DNA of 30,938 nucleotides from Coxiellaceae bacterium (GTDB lineage Bacteria; Pseudomonadota; Gammaproteobacteria; Coxiellales; Coxiellaceae): NCBI GenBank assembly GCA_041746415.1, contig JBGTHB010000062.1, positions 1 to 30,938 of the forward strand, read 5' to 3'. Shown piece by piece: positions 28,272 to 30,938 of this stretch (position 1 is its first letter; each line of letters starts with the position of its first letter). The notes under the pieces were generated by a model. It saw only the letters and a program-made list of their open reading frames with translations, ran no database searches and was not told where the DNA came from. The position numbers and the translations under genes were made by a program.

Positions 28272-29816
28272 ATGATCAGCATCGAGAACAATGCGCGCTT
28301 TTCTAAATCTCTGCTATGGCAAGCTCAACGTGATTACTATGATAAACAAGGTGCACAAGCGTGGGCCGCCGATGTACCCTTCTATATCACCAGCAATCCT
28401 TTTATTGCCAACAGCTATGCCAAACTTATTTTGAATTTTATTCAAGACTGTCGCACCAAAAACATTAATGGAAAATTTTATATTATTGAACTTGGTACTG
28501 GATCAGGCCAATTCAGTTTTTACACTTTAAAACAGCTTCATATAATAGGAAAAGAATTAGGGCTTAAAAATTTCCCCTTTTGTTATGTCATGACTGACTT
28601 CACTGAAAACAATATTCGCTTTTGGCAACAAAACCCATCACTAAAACCGTTTATTGACGATGGAACGGTGGATTTTGCAAAATTTGATGTGGAACATGAT
28701 AGCGAACTTAAATTGATCCAATCCAACACCACCTTGTCATCAAAAAATTTAACCACACCGTTAATTGTGATCGCTAATTATTTATTTGATTCAATTGTTA
28801 ATGACATATTTGAAATTCGCAATGGCAAAATTTATGAATCATTAATTAATGTTACAACAACTAAAAGCAACATTAATGGCAACATGCCAAAAGATTGGAA
28901 GCAAGTTAAAATCAAACACAATGAAAAGCTGCTGAAGTTACCTTACTACTCGAACAATTTTTATAATAAGATCTTGGATGGTTACAAAAAGACTATAGAA
29001 GACAGCTTCATTAACTTTCCCAATGGCAGCTTAGATGGCATTCACAATCTTAATAAAATCGCTAACAATAAACTGCTGTTGCTTTCATCTGACAAAGGAT
29101 TCATGAGTACAACCGAATTGGACAACATGGAGTTCCCCGAGCTGGATTTTCATGGCAGTTTTTCTTTGATGGTGAATTACCATGCCATCGGCGAATATTT
29201 TAAATTATGCGGTGGTGACGCCTTTTTACAAACGGCTCGTGGTGGTTTAAGCAGTTGTGCTTTTATTAATGGCATGAAATGGCATGATTTACCGTTATCC
29301 AATTTGGCTTTAGCTGAGAACTTTGAAGGCGTAAGCCCCACCGATTATTTTCATTTATTTGATTTTCTCTCCAAACGTAAACGCACGCTCGATCTAGAAA
29401 CAATCGCTGCGACGTTAAGTTTATCTAACTGGGATCCGCATACATTCATGCAGCTTTATGACCGTTTGTTAGATCTCTTAGAGGATGCAGATGAGGATTT
29501 GATTGAATTTATTTTAGCTAAAACTGAAAATATTGCTGATAACTTTTACTTTGTGCCCGAATGCGACGATGTGTTTTTTGCTATTGGTACGCTATTTTAT
29601 AGCCTGGATGACTACACCTCTGCCCTGCATTATTACCAGTTATCATTGAAATTTTTCCCCCATGAGGCAACTGAAACACTTTATAATATGGGCTTATGTC
29701 ATTATTACGCTAAGCGTTTTCAACCTGCACAACGCTATTTTGAAAAAGCACTAGTGAACGATCCTAAATTTAAACAAGCTAAGAATATGATCGCTAGTAT
29801 CAAGCGTAAGCGGTAG
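28272..29816 (+). CDS. Class-I SAM-dependent methyltransferase-like protein (MidA/DUF185-like N-terminal domain) with C-terminal TPR repeats
   Basis: The glycine-rich motif I is YIIELGTGSGQFSF, with an acidic post-I residue (CYVMTDFTE) and a motif-II-like LIVIANYLFDSI. The C-terminal ~100 aa carry TPR-like repeats (ALHYYQLSLKFFP..., LYNMGLCHYYAKRFQPAQRYFEKALVNDP). Confidence 0.5.
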   Translation: MISIENNARFSKSLLWQAQRDYYDKQGAQAWAADVPFYITSNPFIANSYAKLILNFIQDCRTKNINGKFYIIELGTGSGQFSFYTLKQLHIIGKELGLKNFPFCYVMTDFTENNIRFWQQNPSLKPFIDDGTVDFAKFDVEHDSELKLIQSNTTLSSKNLTTPLIVIANYLFDSIVNDIFEIRNGKIYESLINVTTTKSNINGNMPKDWKQVKIKHNEKLLKLPYYSNNFYNKILDGYKKTIEDSFINFPNGSLDGIHNLNKIANNKLLLLSSDKGFMSTTELDNMEFPELDFHGSFSLMVNYHAIGEYFKLCGGDAFLQTARGGLSSCAFINGMKWHDLPLSNLALAENFEGVSPTDYFHLFDFLSKRKRTLDLETIAATLSLSNWDPHTFMQLYDRLLDLLEDADEDLIEFILAKTENIADNFYFVPECDDVFFAIGTLFYSLDDYTSALHYYQLSLKFFPHEATETLYNMGLCHYYAKRFQPAQRYFEKALVNDPKFKQAKNMIASIKRKR

Positions 29817-29852
29817 AGGAGAGGCTGCTCAAGTTAAAAGAACACTCCTTTT

Positions 29853-29900
29853 ACATGGATCACTACGCTTGCTACGCGCGCTCGTGATGACACAAAAAAG
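29853..29900 (+). repeat. Member of the intergenic repeat family, lying between two convergent genes
   Basis: catggatcactacgcttgctacgcgcgctcgtgatgacacaaaaaag closely matches catggatcacgacgctcgatgactcactcgtgatgacagaaaaag at 11461. Confidence 0.6.
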
Positions 29901-29946
29901 CAACAACATACCCATTAGCACAAAATACTGTAATAGTCTTATTCGA

Positions 29947-30681
29947 TTAAGGTTTTTTAAAAACAGCTACGCTATCCGCAACTGGGCGATAACTTTCAAT
30001 ATCTAATGTGAACTTGGGCGTTTTGACGACCAGCTGTGATGAGTTACCACCGTCCAAATTGAGCGCGTCGACACAACCAAACTTTAATAAAAAATCAGCG
30101 AATTCATTTGTGGTTAGCGCAAGATTATTGGTAACGGCAATAATAATTTGTTGTTTGGCGTCCACACACAACGCCGAACGTAAGTCACGCCCTTCCTTCA
30201 ACTTCAATTTGCGACCATTTTGCAATAACCGTGGTCCTGCTTGCACGGCAAATTGCACCGTTGGCTGATAACGAAAGTTCTGCATAGTGGTAACATGCGG
30301 TTGATTATTTTGAATATAGAACACACCCCACCAACTAATGCGACGCAATGGGTTCAGCACTTTGCCATTCTGGATACGCAAACCCAATGCTTTTTTTTCC
30401 GGCGAAAAAAAACCACCATTAATAGCCAATATAGCGTTAGTCTTTTTAATCACATCCTTGGCATAAACAGCAGACTGATTTAGCTGCTTTGCAGATACGA
30501 GACGCAATTGATATTGACGCGGATCAATACGAAACGCATAGATGCTGCTGGCTGAAGTTGAAATAAAATGCGGTGAAATATACGCGTAGGCCAAACCTGG
30601 TTCTAGCAGCTTCCATGTAGGCGCTGCAAGAGCACCGCACACGGGGACTAAAGCAATTAAACAGCGTAACCAATTCCACAT
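29947..30681 (-). CDS. Secreted phosphodiester glycosidase family protein (DUF2233/NAGPA-like)
   Basis: The signal peptide is MWNWLRCLIALVPVCGALA. Family motifs AILAINGGFF and ALNLDGGNSSQLVV are present. The start was moved to the Met at 30681. Confidence 0.65.
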   Translation of the reverse strand: MWNWLRCLIALVPVCGALAAPTWKLLEPGLAYAYISPHFISTSASSIYAFRIDPRQYQLRLVSAKQLNQSAVYAKDVIKKTNAILAINGGFFSPEKKALGLRIQNGKVLNPLRRISWWGVFYIQNNQPHVTTMQNFRYQPTVQFAVQAGPRLLQNGRKLKLKEGRDLRSALCVDAKQQIIIAVTNNLALTTNEFADFLLKFGCVDALNLDGGNSSQLVVKTPKFTLDIESYRPVADSVAVFKKP

Positions 30682-30782
30682 AGCTTTGCTCCTAGTGGCA
30701 AAGTATAACATTCACTATTGAAGATGGCATAGCGACAAGGTTGCTGACAATCGTTTCTGCTTGCGGTAAAGTTAGCCCCTTT

Positions 30783-30858
30783 GCGCCCGTAGCTCAGCTG
30801 GATAGAGTAACCGGCTTCGAACCGGTTGGTCGGGAGTTCGAATCTCTCTGGGTGAGCC
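30783..30858 (+). tRNA. tRNA-Arg-like gene with anticodon UCG; the acceptor stem is imperfect (two G·U wobbles and a terminal G1/A72 mispair) and the 3' end is CCG rather than CCA
   Basis: The D-arm is GCTC-AGCTGGATA-GAGT. The anticodon arm is ACCGG-CTTCGAA-CCGGT, giving anticodon TCG. The variable loop is TGGTC and the T-arm is GGGAG-TTCGAAT-CTCTC. The 5' acceptor strand GCGCCCG pairs with the 3' strand TGGGTGA. Confidence 0.6.
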
Positions 30859-30865
30859 GGACATA

Positions 30866-30912
30866 GACGAATCACTGATTCGTCCCGGCGAACGGGCAAC
30901 AGGAAGTTGCCC
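30866..30912 (+). other. Two consecutive perfect hairpins immediately 3' of the tRNA-like gene
   Basis: gacgaatc-act-gattcgtc (30866-30884) is an 8-bp stem. gggcaac-aggaa-gttgccc (30894-30912) is a 7-bp stem. No U-tract follows either. Confidence 0.5.
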
Positions 30913-30938
30913 TGTGGTGCGGTCAAAATGACTACATT

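Noticed and set aside
30008-30483. Two plus-strand ORFs (86 and 80 aa) inside the phosphodiester-glycosidase gene, and the minus-strand 89-aa ORF at 30657..30926
   Set aside because: The first two are antisense shadows of a motif-supported gene. The last one overlaps the tRNA-like gene and its hairpins.

Overview
This window comes from an AT-rich gammaproteobacterial chromosome and holds two housekeeping blocks with a type VI secretion locus and an accessory region between and after them.

Housekeeping genes: secF (partial), secD, yajC and tgt on the minus strand; then an MFS transporter, mnmA and mfd on the plus strand.

T6SS locus (about 12.25-24.87 kb): a compact, translationally coupled type VI secretion structural locus in the order tssJ-tssK-tssL-tssM-tssA-tssB-tssC-tssC'-tssE-tssF-tssG. 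I recognised each gene from canonical motifs in the supplied translations. The locus is unusual in four ways:
- No hcp, vgrG or clpV is visible in the window.
- The slot where hcp normally sits is occupied by a truncated TssC paralog.
- TssM lacks the usual N-terminal transmembrane hairpin and carries a Walker-A-like motif with Arg in place of the conserved Lys.
- The locus ends in a convergent, overlapping gene for an unknown membrane protein.

Flanking accessory genes:
- A compositionally GC-richer SPFH (band-7) domain protein with a long N-terminal extension and a Cys cluster.
- A lipoprotein L,D-transpeptidase.
- A clear eukaryotic-type ERG4/ERG24/DHCR7-family sterol reductase.
- A class-I methyltransferase-like protein with C-terminal TPR repeats.
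- A phosphodiester-glycosidase (DUF2233)-like secreted protein.
- A tRNA-Arg(UCG)-like gene with an imperfect acceptor stem, followed by two perfect hairpins at the window edge.

A roughly 45-50 bp hairpin-containing repeat family occurs in at least three intergenic sites. Near one copy there is a separate tandem ~70 bp direct repeat.

All calls rest on reading the translations against known family signatures. No database search was possible.
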